Shown: positions 1-11,729, counted from the stretch's first letter. The stretch is 64,000 nucleotides of DNA from Cirrosporium novae-zelandiae (GCA_026023565.1 JAPETS010000005.1:1-64000); one strand, 5' to 3'. The notes: a model not told the origin generated them from the letters alone. A program made the numbers and translations.

Positions 1-430
1 TTTTTTTTTTTTTTTGGTATTAATTTATTTATTATTATAATTTTTTTTAATTAAATTCGTTTTTTTTTTTTATCGTTTATTTATATTATAGATTTCCGAT
101 AATATTTTATAAAAAATATATAATTGTAACGATTTTATTTTTTTTTATAAAATATATATAAAGGTTTTTTTCGAAATAAATTTCGTTTTATCGAATAAAT
201 ATTTTTAATTTTTTATAATTTTTTTTATAATAATTCTCAGGCGTCGGGAATTTAATTATAAATAATTTTTTCAAATTCCGGTTTTTTATATAATTCGTAT
301 ATAATCCAACGGTAATACGTTTATATTTCGTTTATTTATTTTTTAATATTTCTAATTTTTTCGTTAATTTTTTTATTTTTTTTTATTTTCTGATTTTTTT
401 TTTTAATATTTTTTTTTTTTTGTTTTTTTT

Positions 431-467
<37 letters not shown>

Positions 468-974
468 CTTTTTTTTTTTATTCTTTTTTTTTTTTTTTTT
501 TTTATTTTAAATATTTTTTTTTTATATTTTTTATATCGTTCGATTAAATATATATAAACGTATTCCGTTTTTCGAATTGTTATCGGAATCGGAGATTTCT
601 AATTTTTATATTATCGTTTATTCGTTATTTGGATTATTTTTTTTTTTATAAAAAAAATTTTTTAGAATATCAAAATTAAGGTTTTAATAATATAAATAAC
701 GATATAAATAAATAATATATTTATATCGTAATAATATTATAATAATAATATTCTGAATAATATAAAATTGAAAATTGATTTTTTTTAATTTTTTTTTTAT
801 TTTTTATATAAATTTTTTTATTTGACGTTTTTTTTTTTTCGGTAATCGTAGCGCTATTTTTTTGTTTCCGTCCCGTTTTCGGTCCTTAAACGTAATAATT
901 TTTTTTAGTATTTTATTTCCTTTTTTTTATAATAGAATCTTTTTTTAGTATTCTACTTCTTTTCCTTTGTCACA

Positions 975-1355
975 AGGTAGAACCCGGATACGAAAAAAAA
1001 AACGATCTAGAAACAAATATTAAATAAAAATTAGGCCCGTAATAGAAACGCGGGGTAAACGTATATATAAATAAAAATTGAAAAAATCGAAAATAAATAC
1101 GAGTAGGCTTATTTATAGGTTACGAATACCGAAATAACGCTAAAAAATTATCCGGTTAAATAAATCAGATAATTCTAAAAAATCTAAAAAAAGGGGGAAA
1201 TTATATAACCGAATTAAGGGGGTAATCCCCACTATTATAATTAAAAGCAAGCCCGAAAAAGGATATAAAAAGGCCTAAAAGCCCCCGAGTAGAGTCCGTT
1301 ATAGTTTCTAAGCGATATATAGACATAAAACAATGAATAATCATTATTATTATTA
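975..1355 (+). mobile_element. Second, 5'-truncated copy of the same LINE 3' UTR (direct repeat of ~1755-2132)
   Basis: About 375 bp collinear with 1755-2132. Differences are almost all transitions, and the tail has decayed to (TAT)n. Confidence 0.8.
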
Positions 1356-1359
1356 TATA

Positions 1360-2132
1360 AAAAAAATCGGGTATTAAAATATATATTTAAAAAATTAATA
1401 AATAAATTTTATTAAATAAAAACGGGATACGCCGTTACCGAAAAATATATATATTATACGAAAATTATTATTATTCTAGAATATTAATAATACGGGGTTT
1501 TATATTAAAACGTTTTTTATTTAATATTAATATATCCGCGCTAAAAAACGGTTAAAATCTGATTACGGGAAATAATAAAAAAATAAAAAAATTAATAATT
1601 TAATATAATCGAAAAAAAAAAATTAATATTCGTATTAAAAAACCGAAAATTCTTTAAAAATTAGATACGTTTTTTAAATAATACGGAGATAAAGAAATCT
1701 TAATTCTAAACTAAATATAAAAATAAAAATCGTAAAATATATTTAAATTAAAAATAGGTAAAACCCGGATATAAAAAAAAAAAAATCCAAATATAAATAT
1801 TAGATAAAAACTAGGCCCGTAATAAATACGCGGGATAAACGTATATATAAATAAAAACTGAAAAAATCGAAAATAAATACGAATAAACTTATTTATAGAT
1901 TACGAATACCGAAATAGCGCTAAAAAATTATCCGGTTAAATAAATTAGATAATTCTAAAAAACCCAAAAAGGGGGGAAGCTATATAGCCGAACCAGGGGG
2001 ATGATCCCCACTATCTTAGCTAAAAGTAAGCCCGAAAGGGGATACGAAAGGGCCTAAAAACCCCCGAGTAGAGTCCGTCATAGCTTCTAAGTGATATATG
2101 GACATAAAACAATGAATAATCATCATCATTAA
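1360..2132 (+). mobile_element. RIP-mutated 3' end of a LINE (Tad/CgT1-like) retrotransposon: ORF2 C-terminal zinc knuckle, 3' UTR and (CAT)n tail
   Basis: Frame from 1407 reads F-Y-*-I-K-T-G-Y-A-V-T-E-K-Y...E-Y-*-*-Y-G-x7-Y-L-I-L-I-Y-P-R-*. Reversing C>T/G>A changes gives FYQxKTGHAVTGKY...ECWWCG..HL...CPRW (CX2CX8HX4C). Ends in aatgaataatcatcatcatt. Confidence 0.75.
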
Positions 2133-2831
2133 CCTGTTATGAAATATCAATTCTATTAAATAATTCGGGGAAAAATAGGGTATGTATCAAGTAGTTATAT
2201 ATTCTTACTGAGACTACTAAATACAGATATCTTTTTTGTGGTGCAGACTTATTAAATTATTAGTAAGTCAGCCCTAGCCCTAGTCTGGGCACCTAAGGCA
2301 TACATGCGGTGCGCATATAGCCCCTCTACTACTAAGTGGACCTCCTAGGATATTATTTACAACAATATTCAATATTCGTTTATATTTATTAGAATATATA
2401 ATTATATTTTATATCTAGAATTAATATGTAATTAAAACAAAAATTAATTCCGAGATTCCGGTATATTGTCCCCTGTTCTCGTTTATTTAGAGTTTTCCGA
2501 ATAAGGGTTTGCCCTTATTCGGTGCTTTAGGCAGCCAAAAACCGGTAATTCTTTTATAATATTTATTAATTATATATATTTTATTGCCTCACTAGTCTAC
2601 TATACTGCCTGTACCAAGCACTGCCTTCACAGGTTTCTGTTAAGGATTCCGGAAAATGCCGTGCCAAGACTAAATAATATTACTAGAATATTTTGGATAA
2701 AATTAACAAAGAACTATACACAAAACCATAAGGCTATGACCTCCGTTTTATAACATTTAGATTAGGTAAATATACATTTTTAATCGCCCCTCCATCGTAA
2801 TTGCAGAACCATAACTATTTACAGATTATTA

Positions 2832-4169
2832 TTAATTCGAAACCAGGTCCTTATTAATTTCAATCACCACCTTCGAGAAATGTTTCTGTTGCTTCAAAAA
2901 CTGATATGCCTCCTTTACATCCTTCAATCCAAATACCTTCTCATCAACAACAGGCTTGATCCCCTTTGACTCAATCTGAGCGACCATGTCCCTAAACTGC
3001 ACCTTCGTTCCGAGTACGATCCCTCGCACCGTACAAACTTTCCACAAACATTCTAGAAGTGTTGGTGGTGACCCAAATTTTGAACCAATACCAGCCACGA
3101 GACCGCCAACGATAACAAGACCCCCAGCGCTAACCGCTTTCAAGGACTCTGGCAGAGTGTTCAGCCCCCCAATATCAACCACGATATCCACCCCTTTACC
3201 ATTAGGAGTCAAACGTTTGGCTTCTTCTCCCCAGTTAGGATGAGTCTTATAGTTAATGACAGTTCTCGCTCCAAGAGATGTCAGGCGGACTGCTTTAGCA
3301 TCACTGCTCGTTGTGGCAATAACAGTTGCGCCTGCTGCAACAGCAAACTTGTGTCATGTTAACTAATGTACCGAACGCTTGAACTCGGTTTCATTGAGGC
3401 CTTCAGTAAGGAAAAGGTTACTACATACCTGTAAAGCAGCAATAGAGACGCCACCAGTACCCTGTGTCAGCACAACATCCCCCTTCTTGACCGCCTTACT
3501 CGGTAGCCCATACAAAGCATTCCAAGCCGTAAGAGCCGAACAAGTCAAAGTGCTAGCCTCGAGGAATGACAGGTTCGATGGCATTCTCACCAGGCAGCTT
3601 TCATGAAATACACCATACTGACAAAGCGTGCCATCAAGATGCTCGCCCAGGCCATTTTCAATATGGTTCAGTGTCACAACTTCATTTTCCGCGATATACT
3701 CATCGCTTTCGGCATTGCTATGGCGAAGCATGTGGGTACAGACTTTATCACCGGTCTTGTATTCAGTCACTCGTAGGCCTACTGCTTCGACTATACCGGC
3801 CCCGTCGGAGCCAGGGACAACATGCGGACTAATTGGAAGTGGCATGCTTCCCTATAAAGCAAACAGTTAGTAATTCAATTCTCTAAATACTCTTCTGTAG
3901 AAAATGTGTTGAAAAGACCGAACTTTAGGACTATAGATAAACTTCAACAAGAAAAGGAAATAGAGAACCTCGTATATAAAGCTTATAAATCCTCAAAAAA
4001 CACATACATCAGCAATTACCAAATCCCTATAATTTAAGGATGCAGCATAGATTCTAACCAGAACATCCAACTCCCCAAGACACGGGATTTTTGCCGCTTT
4101 GTCAAACACAAGACTCTCTATGCCTTGCTGACTCTCCAGGGTCCATTTCGCAATGGTTTTGTCAGTCAT
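2832..4169 (-). CDS. Zinc-binding alcohol dehydrogenase / MDR superfamily oxidoreductase (3 exons)
   Basis: ATG 4169 MTDKTIAKWTL..AASLNYRDL; exon 2 VPGSDGAG..LTCSALTAWNAL..QGTGGVS; intron 3428-3348 (GTATGT..AAG); exon 3 FAVAAGATVIATTSS..KHFSKVVI. Confidence 0.9.
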
Positions 4170-4246
4170 TTCCCCCGAGCAGAGAAACGTCTACTTGATC
4201 GTTTAAGCGTCAAATTTCTGCACGTATAGACCCGTCCGTCAGTCAA

Positions 4247-4303
4247 TTTGTTTGTTTGTTTGTTTGTTCGTTCGTTCTTTCGTTCATTCTTTCGTTCGTC
4301 GTT
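4247..4303 (+). repeat. (TTTG)n/(TTCG)n compound microsatellite upstream of the dehydrogenase
   Basis: tttgtttgtttgtttgtttgttcgttcgttctttcgttcattctttcgttcg. Confidence 0.85.
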
Positions 4304-5149
4304 GATTTAATTATCTGTGATTCCTTGTTAGCTTAGTAGAGAAAATTAAAAACCAAGTTTGATTATTCTTGTTATCTAATTAGTCAGTTACGTACTATCA
4401 ATCTATTTATCCATCCGTTAAAACTAAATGTGTGGGCCTGCCTTACTACCTGACCCACTTATAATGGCATGGTACAGCACAACTCAACTCAACTGAACCT
4501 TCGTTCGAAAAGGAAGGTACGAGTAGAGTAGAGCATTATAGTGAAAGCTACCTTAGCTTATGTATATGCTATGTAGATAATCAATTTCTCTTTTTAACAT
4601 TTATATGCTTCGATTCAACCACCGCTATGCTGTCTTCGACTTTATTGAAAGAGACTTCTGCATAACAGCTAAGGCCGAGGGAGGCATTGTTGGTAAGAAA
4701 ATCATATTCTGGTCGATAGACTAGGAGAGAGACCGAGACCTTGAAGGATATACCTGCTGTTGAAATGAAAGAAGGAGAGGATTGTGTTTTGTCATCTCCT
4801 GCCTTTATTTGTATATTCTTTCTTTAAAATTCGGACTTGAGACAAACAACACATCAATCAAAACAAAATATTAATATCCATCGATGGAGGGCTGGTGCCG
4901 TTTATAAAAAAAACATGGGTTAGTTTTAAATAAGAATAGTTGTTATGCATGCTATAAGATCGCGCTTTACTTTTCTTTAGTACAGTACAATGTTAATACG
5001 AGTAGCCTCTAGAGGTACGCCCATGGTATCGTATTCCCTTTTATAGGCAATGCCTAGATGAAAAAGTACCGATATACTGGATCCTCACTTTGTATGTAAC
5101 TTCCTCAAGCCATTAATAAGTGTAGTACTTATTGTTTATCAATTTCTAT

Positions 5150-6450
5150 ATGGTATAGTAGACATATTTTTGGTAGTTACCATGAATGCAAAGATAGCAA
5201 AGAGTTACTCGGGTTATTGCATGCTAGTTTCCTGGATAGATGTGAAGGTTAAACCCCATTGTCTCACAGGGTATTTGCACCAATTAGCCTAGAGATCACT
5301 CCGAGGTTCATTCAAGGATTTCTGTCTTGGAGGTGAGGGATTTTTTGAAATATTTTCGCAAGAGATCAATTCGATCATCCAAGACATAGTCACATCTAGG
5401 AGCTTTGGACAATAGATAAAGCCAAAGGGGCATGCCATTTCGATCGTTGATATCGTCAAGATATTCGGATGACGATTCTTATTCAGCCTTTCCTATAATT
5501 TCGTAATCCGATTTAGTCTCGCCTTTATTATAAGCCTCAAGGCAGCTCCTCCGATAAGGACACAATTATCGTGACAATAGCTGGAGTCTCAATCTTTCTC
5601 TTCCTTAATAGTACCACAAATTTCTTGGAACATAGGGTCTTTCATGGTAACGACCTCAGAAGTACTATTTGGGATACAAGTATTGCTTCGATCGTCTTCT
5701 TCTATGAGCTAATGATTTGCAAGCCCACCAATCCTATTCCGTGTATCATACCTTCATAAAAGACTTTTGCTTATCATGGTCCAGATGTGCAGGCACAAAT
5801 TCTTCATCTTACAAGGATAGTATAGCATCCACCATAACTCGTAGTAACATATTTGCGTCTTTCAAATAATCGCTAGAAAGAGTAAGCATCGAGTGTTCTA
5901 TTATTGCTAGAAGATGGTCGCGTGTAGTAGAAAGGCCCGAACTTAGAGTCTGAGGAAGGCTTAGAAATGTCGTCTTGCGAGTTTGGTAGATATCTTATCC
6001 CAACAACACCCAAACCCTGAGCTTCGCTAAATGCTAATTCTCCCAACTTTGAAATGATAAAAAAACGAAACTAGAAATATAACATCCGCTGTTGTCTGAA
6101 GGATGCGCTCTCTTCGCTGTTGCAATAGTGTAGGACCAGTATTATCATGCCATAGTGAGAGTGCAATTCATCAACATAAATAGAGTTCTAAGCTCATTTT
6201 TAAAGGCTGTTTCACAAATGAGATTATAGCTTCCGCACATAAGGTTCGGATTGACTAGGTACGCAATATATTGACCACCAAGATTGCTGCCAACACGACT
6301 GACGATGATAACTAGCCCAGATACCGTTATAAAATCAAATAATGATTCGAACTCTGCCAAAGGGTCGTCAGAAGATGACAACAAGTGCACTAAGGTGACA
6401 TCAATTGGTTCGACAGGCGAGGGCCAGGAGAGTGATATGAAAGTCCTGGT
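5150..6450 (-). pseudogene. Highly degraded coding relic, possibly NACHT/NLR-like
   Basis: Broken protein-like frames: ILVLHYCNSE; LRVMVDAILSL*DEEF; IIGKAE*..NGMPLWLYLL (cf. GMFLW); LG*LVQI; HAITRVTLCYL (cf. xxCLTYL). Many stops and frameshifts. Confidence 0.3.
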
Positions 6451-6971
6451 GATTGTCTAAATAACACCTGCTCATAATATCTTGAAGGAGCGGCTTAACC
6501 AACATATAAGCTTTCAAATTAATCTCCCCTCAGGCCACCTTCTACCACTTCATCTTGCCCAATAACCCACCATATTTTAAAGAAATGAAGGTGAAAGTTA
6601 GAAGAAACTGTTCAGATCTTTATTCACTTCTGAGTGAGGAGGAGTAGGAGAGACCAACTTCCGAGATAGATGGTTCGAGTCCATTTTAGCCGATGACACT
6701 GTTAACAAGCAGGTAGCCTATATAATGTACATCCTAGCCCGTAATGGAGGGAGATAAGAGCTATTGAACGATACATTGATGAGCGGGAAATTAAACCTTT
6801 CAACAGGATCTTTCTCACAGAGATGTCTGTTATCTCATAGTTGAAGATAGATGATAGTAAGAAGATAAAAAGAAGGTCAAAGTGGGTGTAGGAATAAGAT
6901 AGGAGAAGAAGGTTAAATGAACGCCCATCAATAACACCTACACGCGGGATATTGTATATTATACAGTTCTA

Positions 6972-7290
6972 CAGCCCTATCCTCCGAAGCGGTTCTACAT
7001 GGATCATGGGCGTATAACTAAAACTTATTCAGGTAAATATATAGTTTATGTGGAGGAAATCATATCTTTCATAGGGTCATTACCCTTGAAAAGGCTGAAT
7101 ATAGTCAGAACTAATCAGTAAATCAGAACTCATGAAATGACTCTATTAGATTTATTAGCACGGTCCATGTGGAACCGCTTGAGAGCTTGAGGAAACGGGA
7201 AGCGCTAGTCAGGTACAAGCGAATGAAACGCACATACTCTAAAAGAACCAAGCCTTCCCCTTCTCTACGTTAGTAGAGGAGATAGGGCTA
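6972..7290. mobile_element. MITE-like relic with inverted repeats
   Basis: 22-bp inverted repeat 6987-7008 / 7159-7180 (19/22, mismatches are transitions). Outer inverted match AGCCCTATC (6973) / GATAGGGCT (7281), preceded by TA. Confidence 0.4.
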
Positions 7291-7576
7291 TGTTTTTGGT
7301 AAAATTTAAAATTTGGTTTGCTTGAGGAATATATGTACTAGATGGGTTTGGTGGTATTTCCTATGTTCTCCAGTATTAGTCGCCGCATTCCCTAGAGCCT
7401 ATCGTAAACTCCTTGATGACATTATCAAGACCAAAAAATAATATCCATGACTCAATGGAGCCTTTTTTCCCTGTACATGATCCACTTGGGAGTGGTTAAT
7501 AACCTTCCCGGTCACCATAATGCAGAGCTATAAAACCCCGATAAATCCTTTATCCCCTATTGGACCGGTAACTAGT

Positions 7577-9097
7577 TTATACCTCATCATCTTCCACCCT
7601 CACCCGTTTCCCACTTTCCATTTCTTCGGCTTCCTCTGCAAAGCCCACCTTCCTCTTAGCTCCTTTAGATTTCTTACATCTATGATCTTCTTTTTCCGCG
7701 CTATGTCCATTTGTCTGTGTTACCCTGGGCGTCTTTTCTTGCGGCTTCTTCCTGACTAAACCACTGAGATCCCTAGCACCTTTAACTGCCTCCTCTACCT
7801 TCTTTTCTTGTTCCTCCCGTCCGACTCCCTGACTTAGAAGAGCTCCTAATAAGCTTTCCTTACTGAGTCCTAGGTCAGGAAGCCGTTCCTGCGTTTGAGC
7901 TAGTGCAGGAGCTTGTTGTAGCTCCTCTAGCCGTGTTTCCATATCGTTGACCATGTCTTTAACGTCAGCTATCTTGGCCTTGGCTTCCTTGCGAGAAACA
8001 GGATCGATAATTTTTTCGAGAGTGGTGGTTTCGCGAGCGATTCGCATGCGGCAGGAGGATATGGCGGCAGCCATTTCTGTTGCAGCTTCGGCACGCATTG
8101 TCATGTCGACTTCATGCGAGGTCCTAGCAGCACTAGCTTGGCCATTTGTGGTAGCTGTGCCGTTTTCCTGGTGTCCACCTTCTATAGGTGGTGGAATGCT
8201 AGAAAACTCTAGAGCTAGGCTAAGTTTGAAGTGTGCTTCGGCGAGGAGGCTAGATTCAGGAGCATAGAGCTCCTTCTTCAATAGTAATGCTGAACGTAGA
8301 TCTGTAACTGCGGCCCTGAATCTCTCACCCTCAAGAGAGATCTCTGCTTGTAGATCGTAAGTGTCGGCTAGGCGTTCCTTCAATTGTGAAATATCTTTGG
8401 CTTGGGGGCCAGGAGTGGTTGATTTCCCTTTGCATGAGCCTTGTTCCATCTCAGTATCGCCGAGTTTGCGAAGAAGAAGAATTCGCGCGAGGTCCAGAAC
8501 TTCGAAGGCGTTTGCAAAGTCGTCTTCCTCTTCTTCTGGATCTTCGTTGGGGTCCATTTCACCTTCTTCATCTTCCTCGCCCTGTTCAGAGTCTGTGTCG
8601 AAGTTCTCATCCCCAGTGAATTGGAAGAGTGGCATATTCGAATCTGATTTGATAGATGAGGCTGCAGCGTCTTGAATAGTGTCTGAAGGCTGTGGCGTGG
8701 AATCTGAGATCCGAGCTGCTGCGGGACTGTGGCTTTGAGCTAGTTTGTCATTGGGGACAATGCCATTCTCTGCCTTCCTCCTTTTTTGATCCTGTCGTTG
8801 TTGTTTCTCCCTCTCCCTTTCTTCCCTCACACTTGTCTCACTCGCAACTTTCCCTCCAAGTACGTCGCTGTTCTTCACAGCAACATGATATAGGCAACGT
8901 CCGTATAAGTATAGAATTTCGGCATTTTCTGGTGACATCTCCCCATTATTTTCTGCTTGTAACTCGGTCGCGCGTGAATATAACTCCGCCGCTGTAGTAT
9001 AGTCCTTAAGACTGTATTTAAGGGTCGCTTGCGCAAGCAGGTCTGGAATTCGAGTAGCATCAGGTACTGAATCCGACGTAGGAGTAGAGTCAGCCAT
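7577..9097 (-). CDS. NASP/Sim3/Hif1-family histone chaperone (SHNi-TPR)
   Basis: Intronless 506 aa. TPR (YTTAAELYSRATE..ILYLYGRCLY), acidic insert, DDFANAFEVLDLAR, LADTYDLQAEISLEGERF..AEAHFKLSLALE, basic C-terminus DLSGLVRKK. Confidence 0.9.
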   Translation of the reverse strand: MADSTPTSDSVPDATRIPDLLAQATLKYSLKDYTTAAELYSRATELQAENNGEMSPENAEILYLYGRCLYHVAVKNSDVLGGKVASETSVREEREREKQQRQDQKRRKAENGIVPNDKLAQSHSPAAARISDSTPQPSDTIQDAAASSIKSDSNMPLFQFTGDENFDTDSEQGEEDEEGEMDPNEDPEEEEDDFANAFEVLDLARILLLRKLGDTEMEQGSCKGKSTTPGPQAKDISQLKERLADTYDLQAEISLEGERFRAAVTDLRSALLLKKELYAPESSLLAEAHFKLSLALEFSSIPPPIEGGHQENGTATTNGQASAARTSHEVDMTMRAEAATEMAAAISSCRMRIARETTTLEKIIDPVSRKEAKAKIADVKDMVNDMETRLEELQQAPALAQTQERLPDLGLSKESLLGALLSQGVGREEQEKKVEEAVKGARDLSGLVRKKPQEKTPRVTQTNGHSAEKEDHRCKKSKGAKRKVGFAEEAEEMESGKRVRVEDDEV

Positions 9098-9236
9098 AGT
9101 GGATGCCTAGGTAGTTAGAAGTCGTAAGCGTAGATATGATTTAATAATGGTTGTTTGTAAGGAAGGTGATCACATTTGCGACAAGAGATCCAAAGGAAAC
9201 AACGAAACGTCATTTGCACGCCAAGAAACCCATTGA

Positions 9237-9251
9237 ACGCGAAAACGCGTC
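9237..9251. promoter_or_regulatory. Tandem MCB/SCB-like cell-cycle elements in a 262-bp bidirectional promoter
   Basis: ACGCGAAAACGCGTC lies between the divergent NASP-like and DPB2 start codons. Confidence 0.65.
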
Positions 9252-9359
9252 CCCTCAATTTGAACCCTGAGGCTTCACACTTTATAATAATAACTGTATT
9301 TGGCTTCGATAACCGAAATTAATGTTCCTTTACAAACCGCTTCTACTTGATGGTCCATA

Positions 9360-11729
9360 ATGAACCGATCTATTTTCAAGTCTGCTGCAGCTTCCCCAAA
9401 TCCAATCCCATCTTCTTCCCCGGGTTTCGGTACCCCAGTCCATCCCATCAATTTATCACGAAAAAATGCTGCTCCAAAGCGACCGGTTGCTCAAACTCTC
9501 CCCATATTGCTTCCTCCCGCGACTCTTCGTCCAATAGCATTTCGTACATTCACCAAGAAACATGGCCTTACACTGAACTCCTCTGCTCTACAAGCTCTTG
9601 CGACCTTTATCGGCACACATTGTGGGTCAGGATGGCGGGATGAAGGTCTAGCGGAAAAGGTGTTAGAAGAGGCGGCGAAAACTTGGAAAAAGAATGGAGG
9701 AGGTGTAATTGTGGATGGGGATAGTGATGAGCTGAAAAATATTCTCAAAATGCTGGAAGGATGCATGGTAGGAGGAAAGGTAATACTAGGCCGCCAGAAC
9801 AGCTTTACGACGAACGGAGATAAAAAGGGATCTCCTATAAAACAAAATGATCGCCCAGGTCTCTCAAGCAGAGAGGATAATCAATCAAGTTTTGGCATAT
9901 CCAAGCTAGGAATGGACAACGAGAATGAAGGTGAAGCTATCATGGATCCGAGGAAGTGGCTCAAAGTTATCACCGCTTTTGAACAACCACGACTAGTCTA
10001 CAATGTTGGGAAGAAACGTTTTGAGAGGTCTAGTGCGAAACCGTCATTACTTCCATCTCCAGCTCACAAGACTCAACTGTTTAGAAACAGGTACAATATC
10101 ATACACCAACGACTACTTCGGAATGAATCTTTTCAGGTCCCAACTTTTGCCACTGAAAGGGCGTCTCTCCAACGCTCCTCATCGACCCTGGCAACAACTC
10201 AGCAAGCATATAGGATCACACCAATTGCCAATCTTCTTGGAAGAGGTGGTAGCACCCATCTCCTGCTCGGAATGTTGATCCGAATCCCAACTGGCGACCT
10301 TGCTATAAGCGATCTCAGTGGCAGTATTGTCCTCGACCTCGTAGATGCAAAACCCGTTCCCGAAAATGGGGCATGGTTTGCCCCCGGAATGATTGTACTG
10401 ATTGATGGTATCTATGAAGAAGAGGAAAACGTCTATGCCTCGACACTCGCAGGGGGCGATGGTGTTGGTGGAATCATAGGTGGAAAGTTTATTGCTTTCT
10501 CCGTCGGAGGACCGCCTTGTGAGCGGCGAGAAGTCACTCTTGGCATTAGTGGAAAGTCTGGAGAGGGTGATTTCGTCTCTGGTGGTGGATTCGGGTGGGT
10601 TGACTTTCTCGGCCTAGGAAGTGAACGCGCCCAAGGCTCTCGGATGCGCAGGATTGAAAAGAGAGTTCTTCAGGAGCGAGGCTCATTTGACGAGGAAGCA
10701 GACAATGAAGGCCGCGGAAGGATCATAATCATGAGCGAAATAAACCTTGACGTACCAAAAACCTTGGAAGCTCTCAAAAGGGTATTAGCGATGTATGATG
10801 CAGAACCTGCTGGCAGTTCACCAATGACTTTCATCTTGATCGGTAATTTTGTTCAGTATGCTGTCTTAGCTAGCGGAGGTAGCGGAGGTAGTGTCGAATA
10901 CAAGGAATATTTCGACAGTCTAGCATCCACTCTTTCCGAATTCCCAGATATCCTCCAAGTGTCGACCTTCATCTTTGTTCCGGGTGACAACGATCCGTGG
11001 CCATCAGCCTTTTCTTCTGGTACCGCTACTATCCTTCCAAGAAAAGGAGTCCCAGATCTCTTCACGTCTAGGATAAAGCGTGCGTTTGCGACTGCGAATG
11101 CCGAGGCTAGCAAGGGACAGAAAACTGATGGCGAGGCAATTTGGGCGACGAATCCTGCAAGACTTAGTATATTCGGTCCAAGTCAAGAGCTCGTACTATT
11201 CCGAGATAATATTTCTGGACGACTTAGGAGAAACGCTATTGCTTTCAAAGCTGTAGAGCAACAACCTGAAGGCACCGGTTCAAGCTCTCACGCAAACGAG
11301 AGTCAATATTCCGCAGAAGCTAGCAATGATATGGAGATTGACGCTCTTGCAGCAGAAGCCCAATGTCAACTCCCGTCGGTCTCATTCAAAGACCCTACAC
11401 GCCAAGTTTCAACTACCACGATCGACCAGGCGACTCTTACTGCTCGCAAACTCGTTAAGACGGTCCTTGATCAAGGTTATCTATCTCCATTTCCTCTGTC
11501 CGTTCGCCCTGTCCTTTGGGATTACATGAGCGCTCTTAATATATATCCTCTACCCACCGCCCTTGTGCTTGCGGACCCAGAAGCTCCAAGCTTTGCAGTC
11601 ACGTACGAAGGATGTCATGTGATGAATCCTGGAAGGTTGGTGGTCGAAGGAATGAGGGACACGGCTAGATGGGTAGAATATGGATGCAAAGAGAGGCGAG
11701 GAAGGGTCAGAGAGGTAAATTTCAGGTAG
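9360..11729 (+). CDS. DPB2: DNA polymerase epsilon subunit B
   Basis: Intronless 789 aa. LRPIAFRTFTKKHGL, RY..I.QRLLRNE, FIFVPGDNDPW, ILPRK.VP, TNPARLS, KLVKTVLDQGYLSPFP, YPLPTALVLAD, CHVMNPG. Confidence 0.95.
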   Translation: MNRSIFKSAAASPNPIPSSSPGFGTPVHPINLSRKNAAPKRPVAQTLPILLPPATLRPIAFRTFTKKHGLTLNSSALQALATFIGTHCGSGWRDEGLAEKVLEEAAKTWKKNGGGVIVDGDSDELKNILKMLEGCMVGGKVILGRQNSFTTNGDKKGSPIKQNDRPGLSSREDNQSSFGISKLGMDNENEGEAIMDPRKWLKVITAFEQPRLVYNVGKKRFERSSAKPSLLPSPAHKTQLFRNRYNIIHQRLLRNESFQVPTFATERASLQRSSSTLATTQQAYRITPIANLLGRGGSTHLLLGMLIRIPTGDLAISDLSGSIVLDLVDAKPVPENGAWFAPGMIVLIDGIYEEEENVYASTLAGGDGVGGIIGGKFIAFSVGGPPCERREVTLGISGKSGEGDFVSGGGFGWVDFLGLGSERAQGSRMRRIEKRVLQERGSFDEEADNEGRGRIIIMSEINLDVPKTLEALKRVLAMYDAEPAGSSPMTFILIGNFVQYAVLASGGSGGSVEYKEYFDSLASTLSEFPDILQVSTFIFVPGDNDPWPSAFSSGTATILPRKGVPDLFTSRIKRAFATANAEASKGQKTDGEAIWATNPARLSIFGPSQELVLFRDNISGRLRRNAIAFKAVEQQPEGTGSSSHANESQYSAEASNDMEIDALAAEAQCQLPSVSFKDPTRQVSTTTIDQATLTARKLVKTVLDQGYLSPFPLSVRPVLWDYMSALNIYPLPTALVLADPEAPSFAVTYEGCHVMNPGRLVVEGMRDTARWVEYGCKERRGRVREVNFR

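Larger units (their letters stand above)
1..2700. repeat. AT-rich RIP-decayed transposon block
   Basis: Extremely AT-rich with long T/A runs and no ORFs. Surviving C/G are mostly in CpG or CC/GG. Composition returns to normal near 2.8 kb. Confidence 0.9.

Noticed and set aside
975..2132. Direct repeats read as the LTR pair of a TRIM/LTR element
   Set aside because: No TG..CA ends, PBS or PPT. The spacer decodes to a LINE ORF2 C-terminus and both copies end in a trinucleotide tail.
6672..6682. tRNA T-loop-like GGTTCGAGTCC
   Set aside because: No cloverleaf or A box around it. No tRNA, rRNA or CRISPR found in the window.
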